Shown here: positions 1 through 12,540 of the stretch, in pieces | Numbering within the stretch: position 1 is the stretch's first letter | Layout: each line of letters starts with the position of its first letter | Origin: Octopus sinensis | Lineage: Eukaryota | Length of the DNA stretch: 64,000 nt | Assembly (NCBI RefSeq): GCF_006345805.1 | Contig: NC_043012.1 | Span: 13,702,001-13,766,000, forward strand | Direction: 5' to 3' | Notes under the pieces: generated by a model | What the model saw: only the letters and a program-made list of their open reading frames with translations | Databases searched by the model: none | What the model was told of the DNA's origin: nothing | Made by a program: the position numbers and the translations under genes

Positions 1-544
1 TTATTGCCGGCTGTAGGTGTAACTGGGCTTCATGTACCTTTGCATGTCGTTTAAGTCCTCCTGCCGAATTACACTCTCTTCTACACGCCCGAATGATATG
101 ATTAGTATGGTGTGTTGCACCACCACCAGTGGCCAGGTTGTCACTCATCTGTCTCACTTTATTACTACGAAGATGACTCTTGAGTCCAGCTTTACTGAAG
201 CAGGGTCTTGCACAGACACTGCATGTCAGGTCACTTTCGAGTGCTACTGGTAACATGTAACCCAGTACAACCTGTTGCATGGTCGGGTCGTCGGCGACGA
301 AACCGGCAAATAAGCGTAATGGAAAACGGAGATAAACGCACAAGATGTTATTTAAATGATTTATGGTGATATAAATAACATCTTGTGCGTTTGTCGCCAT
401 TTTCCATTACTCTTATATTCTCCAAAATACATCTCACTTTTCGGAATTATTGCCCATGTAAATGTCGTTACTAATTTCTCTGGCACTTAAGCGACATTTG
501 GCTACTTTGGTAAGTTTTTCTCTGGATATTTCCTTGTTAATGAT

Positions 545-579
<35 letters not shown>

Positions 580-590
580 TATATATATGC

Positions 591-631
<41 letters not shown>

Positions 632-842
632 ATGTGAAATAGAAAGATGAATAATCTTGTAGTAGATTAATCAAAAGTTTAACCGATACCTTAGTAGCAA
701 AAGTCACAGCAGTAAACAGCACGGTTGGAGGTACAACCATATGGTGTTGCAACCGTGCGTTGGTGCGGATAATTGAAATTAAAACATTATTGGTGAATTG
801 AAGAAATGGAGCTGAACGCAGATTGAACAGAAATCGTTTTAT

Positions 843-929
843 TTCATTCTACACGTGTTTCGAAAGGCACAAATTACCAAAATCTGATTGAATAATGGGA
901 CCATATTGTGTCTTTCTCTTCAGGAAGAA
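843..929 (-). ncRNA. Type I hammerhead ribozyme motif (Penelope-like/retrozyme remnant)
   Basis: Minus strand reads TTC-CTGAAGA-GAAAGACACAA...TTGTGCCTTTC-GAAAC-ACGT-G-TA-GAA: intact core, G-C-closed stem II, palindromic ACGT loop III, GUA cleavage triplet. Confidence 0.75.
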
Positions 930-1063
930 AATAGGAAATCCGTTGGAAGAACAAAAACAGAACAGAGGCGGAGCAAAAACAAATCGAACTATGCTCCTAA
1001 GAGCCCATGGCGAAACTTTTATATATATATATATATATAATATATATATACACACTCACACAA

Positions 1064-1107
<44 letters not shown>

Positions 1108-1559
1108 GCACACACACACACACACACACACACAATAGCAATGCATCCCGACATTGCTTGGCTGTTATGACCTACAACCACATTGTATTTGTTCCTTTCT
1201 TATCGGCAGAATCGGTACAAGAGGAATTTGAAGCAAAGAACTCTTCTTTATAAACGTTTTTCTTTCGTTTTTGTGAAGAACTCTGCCGAAATTTTTCACA
1301 CCAAAAGCATGTAGAATGGCACCTTCGATTAGAATGAAATACTAACATTGACACCAAAATGACCTAGACTTGCGGATTTAAAGAGTTCAGTGACGTATGA
1401 GGACGTAGAACTATCTGTACTGCAGAAAGTAAAGTACAGAGAAAGAAAGCTGCTTCATTATGAAAAGCATAGTCTGTAATGTTTGGGCAGACTGCACACT
1501 TCAACATATGTTACGTGAAACTGACAATGCTTCTGGGTAAACTATGTTTTGCGTAAGCC

Positions 1560-2380
1560 AAGTGTTGATAGAATAAATATACAAGTCATCTGCACTGCTA
1601 AATGGACATCATGAGAAAAGCAGGGTATTTGTAAAGTTTGACCCTGGGGTTTGTTGATTGTCATAGCGAAGCACAATCGCACTGGGAAGTAGAGGTGCTT
1701 GAACTGAAATGACACATATGGGGGAATAAGGGGTATGTGTGGAATGCATGCGATCTGTCCTCGATGACAATAATGGTTGCTTCTAGGACATGACTTGTCA
1801 CTTTAGTTACAATCAATTTTGTACCATTACATAGTCGTGACGGGTCCAAATTCCTCAAGAGCATGACACATACTAGGAACAACTAATGCGATAACAGTCC
1901 TGTGGGTTGTAGAGAGCTGAAAAATTCTACTGGATACTCAACAGTGTCATGTTCATCGATGGTAGTAACAATCGTGACAAACGTTGAAGCATCTCCAGGT
2001 AAAATGTGGAGGACTTCATGGATTACTTTATCAACGCTTTCAATTCCGAGGTTCTAAAATAGCTCTCTCTCTCTGCGAACCATGCTATGTTTTTGATGTT
2101 GTCTTGCAATGTGGAAAATGCCTTCCCTTTAAGCTCTGCCATTGTGGACACCATGTGCCCACATTATAGTATATGTTTTTGCAGGGTGTTAGTCGACGGT
2201 AAGGTGCTATTTCCAATTGTAGAAGTTGATGAAAAAATTCCTCAGCTAATGGGTCGTTGTAGAGATGAGCACGCATATTGTTGCTTAATGAAAGCTGACA
2301 AACAAACCTCGACAGAGGTGAAAACTTCAGACACACATAGATGTCGCCAGCTTGCATACCCCTGTGACTGTAGAAATAAA
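1560..2380 (-). mobile_element. Helitron PIF1-type helicase pseudogene fragment
   Basis: Frameshifted pieces SLSNNMRAHLYNDPLAEEFFHQLLQL, VMLLRNLDPSRLCNGTKLIVTKVTSHVLEATII and FPVRLCFAMTINKPQGQTL match PIF1/Helitron helicase motifs. Confidence 0.85.
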
Positions 2381-2399
2381 GATAACTGCGCTCTTGGAA

Positions 2400-2740
2400 A
2401 TACTTGTAAAAAAAAGATGTACTACACAACACATTTTATTAAAACGATATACATAAGAGCTACCCTATGAAAGGAAGACAAGCAGCACACAACTCTTGCA
2501 GAAACTGAAAGTAAATATATTGGGGAACTTAAAGACAAAGATATTAGATTCGTTTTAGAATTGAAATTCCTCGCCTCTATACCTTCGTAAATGTAAGAAA
2601 TAAGAAATGCTACCTTTGCATCAATGAAAAATGTTTCATACTAGCGGCACAACACCCATTACTTTACTTAAGGGAAGAGAGAAACTAGCTTGCCTGCAAA
2701 AGGTTAAGATTACCTTCTCTAAATATAAAGGGAATTAGAG
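2400..2740 (+). mobile_element. Degenerate Penelope-like GIY-YIG endonuclease C-terminal fragment
   Basis: Broken translation ...YIGELKDKDIRFVLELKFL...RNKKCYLCINEKCFI resembles the CxLCxxEK end of PLE endonucleases. Confidence 0.5.
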
Positions 2741-3483
2741 ACCCTTTGATTCATCCTACAAATAACACCTAGAGCTCTTCACCACAGGAATAGTAGATTT
2801 CGATACTAAATTTGGCATATATTATAATATATTACTATTAAATCGAGTTTAATAGTATTACACACCTAGGCCCCTTATGTCCCTTCACCAACATATGCCT
2901 GTTTAAATTCCAACTCCCATACTTAATATCTAAATGCATAATATATTTATCAATCTATCTCTCTTTAATATAACCTCCTCACCGTTTAATGATGCCAGTT
3001 CTTTCAACTAAGGACCTAATTTAGAATAAGTACTCAAACCCTTACAATTACCCCCCCCTCTCTGAGAACCTGTACCTGCCATCTCAACAATGGATGTCTT
3101 TGCAACTAGCTTTACTTTCACTTAACTTTACTTTCTACAACATGGTTTAGCTTGTTTAAATTAACTTAATTTCATTCTGGGCGTAACTTTTAGTCAGCAC
3201 AGCATATGGGGCTAATTCCAATTAAGTTGTCCCATTAGATTTGATTTACTCATTTAAGAACGACCCGCTCACGCCGTATAACATAATTTAACAATCTAAT
3301 AGTAATTGCACGCCTTTTTAGATTGTATTTGTTTGTACTTTGTACTGCAGTAGGTGGTTTCCTATGAATTATTATTGCCCTTAGGCATATTTTTGAATGA
3401 ATGGAAGTGTAATGTTGTATTAGGCCCCATGTAGATGCACCCAACCAAGAGTTGGTATATCGACAAGGTTAGTAATATTACCA

Positions 3484-3486
<3 letters not shown>

Positions 3487-3529
<43 letters not shown>

Positions 3530-3612
3530 GAAGAAGAAGAAGAGAAGAAGAAGAAGAAGAAGAAGAAGAAGAAGAAGAAGAAGAAGAAGAAGAAGAAGAA
3601 GAAGAAGAAGAA
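3487..3612. repeat. Compound (TAA)n(GAA)n microsatellite
   Basis: Direct reading; explains the poly-L/I/R ORFs. Confidence 0.95.
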
Positions 3613-5054
3613 TATGTATCAAGTATGATTTATCAAACTGAAGTAGAACCCTGTATTTGTAAGCATAATAATAATGAGCGAGTGATTTAATTGCCATTTT
3701 TTGATTAATTTCGGATTTTATACTTATGCCTTCTCATAGGTCTACTAGGTTGAATGTATTTAGGAATGTTTAAACAATTATTGTTTGTCTAGAAAACCCA
3801 TCGCTTGGGACTGAGGTGGCTATTTCAGAAGATAAATTTAGTATTATAATTATATAATTGAAGGACAATGCCCTAGTCATTGCCTCTCATTAACGGCACT
3901 CTTCCCTTAACCGTTGTACTTTCTTTTGCACGGTACTTGTGTACATGTTTGGTTGCTTTAATTATAATGTCCTAAGCGGCCTTTCGCCACTTTTAACACA
4001 TGCTGCTTCTCCATACTTTTACTTTATATTTACTTGTTTGTTTCCATCTACCTCTATAACGGTCTTAATAGCTTGCCCTTTGGTTTTTAAATTTAACCGA
4101 CCAATTATATTGATGGCTGGACTTTGATCAATTACGGACAATTGGTGGATGGTCTTTACTATATATCAGTAAACGTATAACTGTGATTAATTTATGGACA
4201 TGTTATTTGGATAAATATCAATTAGTTCTATTTAAAAATCTTAAGTACTATTCTTTTTCTAGACCCTTTGGTGTATCTCGAGATACTAAAGCACTTATTT
4301 CACTTTTTATTATTTATACAGTCTGTTATTTCTTAAAGAAAGATTAACCCATCAATTAATTTTCTAGTTTAGTCATTTATTCAAAGGCGTGATTCATTAC
4401 ACTTTGAAATGTTATTGTTCAAATATATAGATATATTAAGCCTTCTTTTCTCCTCTCGTAGCTCTTTTCTTTTCTTCTCTTTTCTTTTATATGTTTTTCT
4501 TCACCCTAATGAAGTTCCATATTCCAGATCGGATGTGCTATAGAATATGAAGAATACTATACTCAGACTTTTCTTTGGTAAGGCTGCGGGTCGTTGGATG
4601 TTGGAGTAAAGTTCTGCATTAAAGAATTACTAATAGATTGTTGTCAATTTGTTGTTGATCAAAAGATTTTCCGGTTTCTACTTAATTTAAATTTCATTCT
4701 TGATAAACTCTTTTTTATTTTTGCTATAGCCTGTACCCCATGGCATAATATGCTTGCGTAAGTATGCCTAAGGTTACCACAGGTATTTTTTACCGGTAGT
4801 ATAAGGGATATTCTTATCCCTTAGACAGTTATTCCAACCGCTCTCTATACTAGCCTATACATAATTATATATATGTGTGTGTGTGTGTTTATATATATAC
4901 TGTTGTGTCTCGGGTGAGTCATTCCCTTTAATTGCCTTATAATTTTACCGGTGATTGTGTTAAATTATAAGGCACTAAAACAACAGACACAGCAGAATAT
5001 TCTTCAGCACACGAACTCACTTAAAGATTCTTGCAAACCAAATCGAAAAATAAA

Positions 5055-5105
<51 letters not shown>

Positions 5106-5109
<4 letters not shown>

Positions 5110-5352
5110 CATACTAGCAGAAAGACACGGTGTTCCCCTGGTTACTGTTCTTATTCATATTAGTAAATAATAACCATAAAGATACATTCTCATAATTATT
5201 TTAAAATGTCTATATCTTATTAAGATATATCCAAATTATAGTAACAATAGAATTTTCAATTGAAAATCTCTCAAATGTTGAAGCACCTCAGGCTAAACAA
5301 TATACATTGTGTAACCTTTTATATGTGGAAGAAATTCATGTTGTCGGTATTG

Positions 5353-5384
<32 letters not shown>

Positions 5385-5691
5385 AATGTATGTGTATATA
5401 TATACATGTGTGTCTGTGTGTATGTTGTCTATTCCTAGCTACAATACCGACAACATGAATTTCTTCCACATATAAAAGGTTACACAATGTATATTGTTTA
5501 GCCTGAGGTGCTTCAACACTTGACAGATTTTCAATTGGAAATTCTATTGTTACTATAATTTGGATATATCTTAATAAGATATAGACATTTTAAAATAATT
5601 ATGAGAATGTATCTTTGTGTTTATTATTTACTAATATGAATAAGAACTGCAGTAACCCGGGGAACACCGTGTCTTTCTGCTAGTATGAAAT
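5106..5691. repeat. Near-perfect inverted repeat (arms ~5106-5354 and ~5440-5691) ending in Helitron-like 3' termini
   Basis: Arms are reverse complements with few mismatches; the right arm ends ...CCCGGGGAACACCGTGTCTTTCTG-CTAG-T. Confidence 0.9.
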
Positions 5692-5934
5692 AAATGTATT
5701 AATTGATGGTATGTATGTCGTTTCCAAATCTCTGGCTGATTGAACTGCGTAGTGGTGCTGTATTTCTCACAGATGTGCCCAACTGACCCTAGTATATTCC
5801 ACAAAAGGAAAAGCAAACAATGCATATGTATATATATACATACATACACACACACACAAATATATATATATATATATATACATATGTATATATATATATA
5901 TTATATATATATATGTATGTATATATATATAATA

Positions 5935-5980
<46 letters not shown>

Positions 5981-6110
5981 GTATATATATATACTCGTAT
6001 ACACGCACACGCATATATACATATATATTATATATACCCCCTGACTGTTGGCAACAGCTATTTGCGCCGCACATTCTGTTAAAATGAAACGGATCTGCGC
6101 AGACGAAATC

Positions 6111-9100
6111 AAACGACGGCCATTATCGCGTAGCAGCAACATTTCTACTGTCACATATCTTTAGGCGGCTCTCCATTTAAATGTCATTATAGGTCAGAAA
6201 TGTGATCTTATCACGAATGAGAAGTTTATCATTGTGTCAGTGTTTGAGAGCGGAAAAAGAACCATTGAAATATAAAAAATACTGGAAAGAGACCACTGAA
6301 CAGCGAAGAAATTTTTGCAGTCTCCTATTTCTGTCCGGTCGAGGGCCGATAAAATTAAGTCGAGGGCTGCTTTGAATCATACTTTGTCACGTTTAAAAAG
6401 GGGAGTTTTGTGGAACCCATGTCTGACAAGTAGAGACGTCTTTAATCCTTGTGGCAGGGAAGACGTATCGAAAACTACCAGGTGTCTGTAGCCTCTTGAA
6501 GCAGGTTGCCAGGAATGTTAAACCTGTTACAAGACCCGCTCTGAAGGCAGTTCATAAGCAGAAGAGTGAAATGGGCAGAAGAATACAGGAAGGTAGATCT
6601 TTAAACAGTTCTGTTCACTGACGAATGCCGTGCTACCTTTGGCGCACCATATGGTTGGAGTAAAGGTTGTGTATCAATTAGCTGGAAGTGTCTACATCGT
6701 TTCAGGGGATGCTAAGGCCAAATTTACTCAGGGAAAGACAGACGAGAGGGCAAAGGCAGACGAGAGGAGAAAGACAGACGAGAAGAGAAAGAGAGAAAGG
6801 GAGACCGCGAATATTGTTATCGGTGAGAGTGAGGAAAAAGAAATTGTTTATATAATTATGAACAAAGAAAGGCAACAAGTCTTTAACAAAAAAATATAGT
6901 TTTCTCCTACAGCTGGATCGTCTTACTTCCGAAGTGTATTTAATTGCATCTCAGACGAAAAAGTACAATTTCAAAATAAAGTTCGAATTTCATGGCACTC
7001 TTAAATCTGAAGTCTTACTGTTTTCTTTTCAAATGACCATATTAAGATGTGCTAAAAGTTTATCAATGTACTGTAGTAAAATAACATAAGTTATGTGCAC
7101 AATTTTGTTCCGTAATTGAGATTATTTACTTCTCGACGTAAAATGAAAAATAATAAAAATTCACAAACTAAAATACGTTAAAACAAAGATCTCAGAGATG
7201 TTGCTTCTGGAGATTGCACTTTCGTCTCTAAATTTGAAGTTAAATATGATATCCACTTGAAAAATTCTAAGATTATGCACGTTGTCTGCACAGTGAATCT
7301 ATAATAAAATGGTTGGCCTAATGAAAGAGAAAAGTAGTAACTAACACGTGTATTTTCCCCCAAATATGCTAGAACATGAATAGAATAATATACAACCATA
7401 CATATAAGGAAATAAATGAAATATGATAAAACAATTAATAGAATTAATTATGATACTGACCATAATTCGGATTCAAAGCTTCAAATTTAACAAGATTGAA
7501 TTTTTAGATTTGAGCAAAGCAATGCATTGTAGACGAATAGTATGTATATGATGAGCTGCTAATCTCAGGTACTAGCATCGTCGGTAATAATATATTGAGC
7601 CTTGTGTATACAACTTTATATCTTATATATATATATATGTTCAAATGTATCTGTATGTGTATATATACCAGCGTGAGCGTATTTGTTTGGGGGTAAGTTT
7701 ATGCAGTCATTTACAGAATCATATACATTCGTACATACTGTATACACACGGTCCTACATAAAATTTACCGTGCACTTAAGTGCTTGAGGTGAATAAAGAT
7801 TTTATTGATATTGAGCAGAACATTTCTAGAAACAAATGGAAAGGAATTACTAAAAAGAATAAGGACGAAACAAACGATGAATTTTATACTTCAATCCAAG
7901 GATACTTCATAGACTCTCATCTTGCTTAATCTCCCTGGAGTTTGCCATTATTTATTACTCGATATATGTATATATGTCATTAGAATAAATCGTGATAATC
8001 CTTTCTCTTTTAATGTTGTGTATTATTGCGAAGCTTTCAGCATAGATTTTCCCATGAGCATAAGATGTTTTTATGGCAGTATATATTTCAGCAATCAATA
8101 CACCTATTTATGAATCTGCCTGATAATATATATATATAAGTAAATTACTGAATACGAAGCCACATACAAATATATATAATTATACACACGCAAACACTTA
8201 TCAATTAATGGTGAGTATATATATATATATGTGTGTGTGCGTGTATGTGTGTATGTGTGTTATGTGTATGCGTGTTGTGTGTATGTGCGTGTTTATGTGT
8301 ATGTGCGTATGTATGTGTGTTGTGTGTATGTGCGTGTTTGTGTGTGTGCATGCGTGTATGTCTGTGAATGTGTACTGACATGGTAGACCAGCGCTCTATG
8401 GTACTGATTTGCTTCATCTAAAATCATCAGTGCCCTGTACAAGTTTTTTGTCAAGTCTCTTACTTACCAATCAGGGATACCATATGAGCTGGAGTTTGCA
8501 ATAGGTCGACCTGTTTGAAATGGCACTAAATTGCGTATCCTAAAGTCAAGTCTTCGACACGCGCCAACCTCTTTGATCACAATTTTAAAATCTTCGTTTC
8601 AGTGAGTTATGAGTAGAACATTATCAATAATATCCCTCTCTGACAAGGGTTGCGTAGGATGCCGATGTAGGTAATAAAATCTATTTATCTTTTTGAACCT
8701 AGTATTTGTCTGGAACAGACAAACGAAGAACTGCCAAAAAGTCATACACGTCTGCGCGGGATCTGCAGCTTTTCTGCTTTGTTTTAAAGAATTGGTTGCG
8801 AACGTCGCTCTGAGTACATCGGATGCAAAATCTATTTTTCGGCGATTCTTCTCAGTTTCTGACCTCCCTCTAATCCTAAGAAGGATAGAAAGAAAGCAAA
8901 AAGGCTTTCAGTGATGACCAAACCACACCTGTTGTTTTGTGTTTATTTTTTATTTTTATTTACTTTATTTGAAGATGTCACCATCTTCAAACTCATTCCA
9001 ATACAATGGTAAAAAGCAAAGATGATTAAATAAATGAATGAATGGTGAAGAGGAAGGTGGATATCCCTCCTCTATCTCTTACCCTCTACCCATCTGTCTA

Positions 9101-9524
9101 TCAGTCTGACTAGCTATGTATCTATCCATATATCCATCTGTCTATCCAACTATCTATCTATCAGATTATCTACCAACCTATATTTCTATATATCCATTAC
9201 CTTAGATTTGGAACCTCTCTAAAAGTAAAATAACGTTCTTTTCTAAACAAAACCCAAAACACATCTGTTATATATAAATGAACAAGTTGTTTGTACATTC
9301 ACAAAATTGTATTTGACAAATTCTAGAGACGAACCAGAACGCTAACAATAATGAACAAATCAAAGGATTTATTCAAAAATTCTGACTTCTTTTCTCAATA
9401 TTCAATTCTGTACATCACACCTAAATTTCTATACACACACACACACACACACACACATACACATACACACACACACACACACCACACACACACACACACA
9501 CACGCACACACACATATATATATA

Positions 9525-9585
<61 letters not shown>

Positions 9586-9600
9586 CAGTTATATATATAT

Positions 9601-9631
<31 letters not shown>

Positions 9632-9696
9632 GTGTGTGGTGTATATATAATATATTGTGAAATAATATCAAGAAATTAATATCAGAAAAATTCATC

Positions 9697-9727
<31 letters not shown>

Positions 9728-11237
9728 AGATATAAAGTTGTTTACACAAGGCTCAATATATTATTACCGACGATGCTGGTACCTGAGATTAGCAGCTCAT
9801 CACATACATACTATGCGTCTACAATGCATTGCTTTGCTCAAATCTAAAAATTCAATCTTGTTAAATTTGAAGCTTTGAATCCGAATTATGGTCAGTATCA
9901 TAATCAATTCTATTAATTGTTTTATCATATTTCATTTATTTCCTTATATGTATGGTTGTATATTATTCTATTCATGTTCTAGCATATTTGGGGGAACATA
10001 CACGTGTCAGTTACTACTTTCTCTCTTCATTAGGCCAACCATTTTATTATAGATTCACTGTGCAGACAACGTGCATAATCTTAGAATTTTTCAAGTGGAT
10101 ATCATATTTAACTTCAAATTTAGAGACGAAAGTGCAATCTCCAGAAGCAACATCTCTGAGATCTTTGTTTTAACGTATTTTAGGTTTGTGTTTTTATTAT
10201 TTTTCATTTTACGGCGAGAAGTAAATAATCTCAATTACGGAACAAAATTGTGCACATAACTTATGTTATTTTACTACAGTACATTGATAAACTTTTAGCA
10301 CATCTTAATATGGTCATTTGAAAAGAAAACAGTAAGACTTCAGATTTAAGAGTGCCATGAAATTCGAACTTTATTTTGAAATTGTACTTTTTCGTCTGAG
10401 ATGCAATTAAATACACTTCGGAAGTAAGACGATCCAGCTGTAGGAGAAAACTATATTTTTTTGTTAAAGACTTGTTGCCTTTCTTTGTTCATAATTATAT
10501 AAACAATTTCTTTTTCCTCACTCTCACCGATAACAATATTCGCGGTCTCCCTTTCTCTCTTTCTCTTCTCGTCTGTCTTTCTCCTCTCGTCTGCCTTTGC
10601 CCTCTCGTCTGTCTTTCCCTGAGTAAATTTGGCCTTAGCATCCCCTGAAACGATGTAGACACTTCCAGCTAATTGATACACAACCTTTACTCCAACCATA
10701 TGGTGCGCCAAAGGTAGCACGGCATTCGTCAGTGAACAGAACTGTTTAAAATCTACCTTCCTGTATTCTTCTGCCCATTTCACTCTTCTGCTTATGAACT
10801 GCCTTCAGAGCGGGTCTTGTAACAGGTTTAACATTCCTGGCAACCTGCTTCAAGAGGCTACAGACACCTGGTAGTTTTCGATACGTCTTCCCTGCCACAA
10901 GGATTAAAGACGTCTCTACTTGTCAGACATGGGTTCCACAAAACTCCCCTTTTTAACGTGACAAAGTATGATTCAAAGCAGCCCTCGACTTAATTTTATC
11001 GGCCCTCGACCGGACAGAAATAGGAGACTGCAAAAATTTCTTCGCTGTTCGGTGGTCTCTTTCCAGTATTTTTTATATTTCAATGGTTCTTTTTCCGCTC
11101 TCAAACACTGACACAATGATAAACTTCTCATTCGTGATAAGATCACATTTCTGACCTATAATGACATTTAAATGGAGAGCCGCCTAAAGATATGTGACAG
11201 TAGAAATGTTGCTGCTACGCGATAATGGCCGTCGTTT
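6111..11237. repeat. ~1.5-kb inverted duplication (arms 6111-~7635 and ~9715-11237, ~2.1-kb spacer)
   Basis: Arms are reverse complements with scattered substitutions; ORF pairs 6630+/10451- and 7178-/9952+ are near-identical. Confidence 0.95.
6190..6710 (+). mobile_element. Tc1-family transposase pseudogene fragment
   Basis: GQKCDLITNEKFIIVSVFESGKRTIEI*KILERDH (HTH), VKPVTRPALKAVHKQK, VKWAEEYRK, KTVLFTDECRATF (first catalytic D); stops and frameshifts present. An inverted copy lies at ~10640-11155. Confidence 0.85.
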
Positions 11238-11258
11238 CTTTATATATATATATATATA

Positions 11259-11639
11259 TCTTTCTCTATAAACGGCAGTTTGTCTGTGCGTGTTTCTGTG
11301 TGTCTGTTTTTTGTACCCTCACCCTGACCACGGCTTTCAAACGATTCTGATGAAACTTGACACACACACATAGCCCAATGTCATAATTCAAAACTAACGC
11401 AGCGAAAATTTTGAAAAGTTCCCCCAGTTCTGAAAAAATCGATAAATTCGACATGGGATCGAGAATCAGAAACACAAACCGCAAACTGTCTAGGGGACGC
11501 AACTCCACCTTTTAACTAAAAAAAAAAATTTACCACATCATTTTTTTCCATTTTTTGTTATTTTTTGGCTATATCTCTCTAAAAATGCTTTATAGTTATT
11601 TCCCTTACAAACCTGAGCAACGCCGGACGATACTGCTAG
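11259..11639 (+). mobile_element. Non-autonomous Helitron
   Basis: 5' TC start after (TA)n; 3' end CCTGAGCAACGCCGGA-CGATACTG-CTAG|T (GC hairpin + CTRR). Confidence 0.75.
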
Positions 11640-11649
11640 TATATATATA

Positions 11650-11997
11650 TATATAAAGTAAGTTGTGTGTCTGTCTCCTACGATTTAGATTCCTAACTAC
11701 TCCCCACATTTTGCGGTGCAGTGTAACCAAAAGCAGGTATCTTATAGTCGTGATTCATATCGAGCCCTTCCGGGTATTAGCGCGCGTCTACGATGAGTCT
11801 ACGATTAAAAAAAAATTTCCATCATGATTTTTCCATTTTAATGCATTTTTTTCGCTATTATATAAGGGAAGTAACTCTCTAAAAATGTCTACGATGAGTC
11901 AACGATTTAAAAAAAAAATTACGATAATTTTTTTTTGTCCAATTTTTTTAATTTGCATTTTTTAGCTATTTTTGGCTATAACACTCTGAAAATGCTT
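11650..11997 (+). mobile_element. Second, related non-autonomous Helitron, cut by the following SINE
   Basis: Shares subterminal sequence (TTTTTGGCTATA..CTCT.AAAATGCTT) with the previous element and stops at the SINE junction. Confidence 0.55.
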
Positions 11998-12374
11998 ACA
12001 TTCTTCTTCTTGTTTCAGTCATTTGACTGCGGCCATGCTGGAGCACCGCCTTTAGTCGAGCAAATCGACCCCGGGACTTATTCTTTGTAAGCCCAGTACT
12101 TATTCTATCGGTCTCTTTTGCCGAACCGCTAGGTAACGGGGACGCAATGCTAGGGGGACAAACACAGACACACAAACACACACATATACATATATACACA
12201 TACATATATACGACAGGCTTCTTTCAATTTCCTTGTCTACCAAATCCACTCACAAGTCATTGGTCGGCCCGGGGCTATAGTAGAAGACACTTGCCCAAGA
12301 TGTCACGCAGTTGGACTGAACCCGGAACCATGTGATTGTTAGCAAGCTACTTACCACACAGCCACTCCTGCGCC
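11998..12374 (-). mobile_element. Octopus tRNA-derived SINE
   Basis: Minus strand GGCGCAGGAG-TGGCTGTGTGG (A box)...GGTTCAGTCC (B box)...GGGCAAGTGTCTTCTACTATAGCC, internal microsatellite, 3' tail GGCGGTGCTCCAGCATGGCCGCAG...CTGAAAC(AAG)n. Confidence 0.85.
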
Positions 12375-12540
12375 ATTATATATATATATTCTCTCCCAAT
12401 TTCGCAGTGTGTGTATGTGCATAAATAAATGTAGTTACGGTAATGTATCCCATTGCTTAGGTTATAATATTTCATTAATATATGTTTTGATGAACGTCAG
12501 ACCTGATAACAAGATTGCTTTACACATTCATTCAAGGCCT

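Noticed and set aside
6630-6899. 89-aa ORF and its twin at 10451-10783 as a duplicated gene
   Set aside because: Out-of-frame read of a Tc1 remnant running into AG-rich sequence; the duplication is explained by the inversion.
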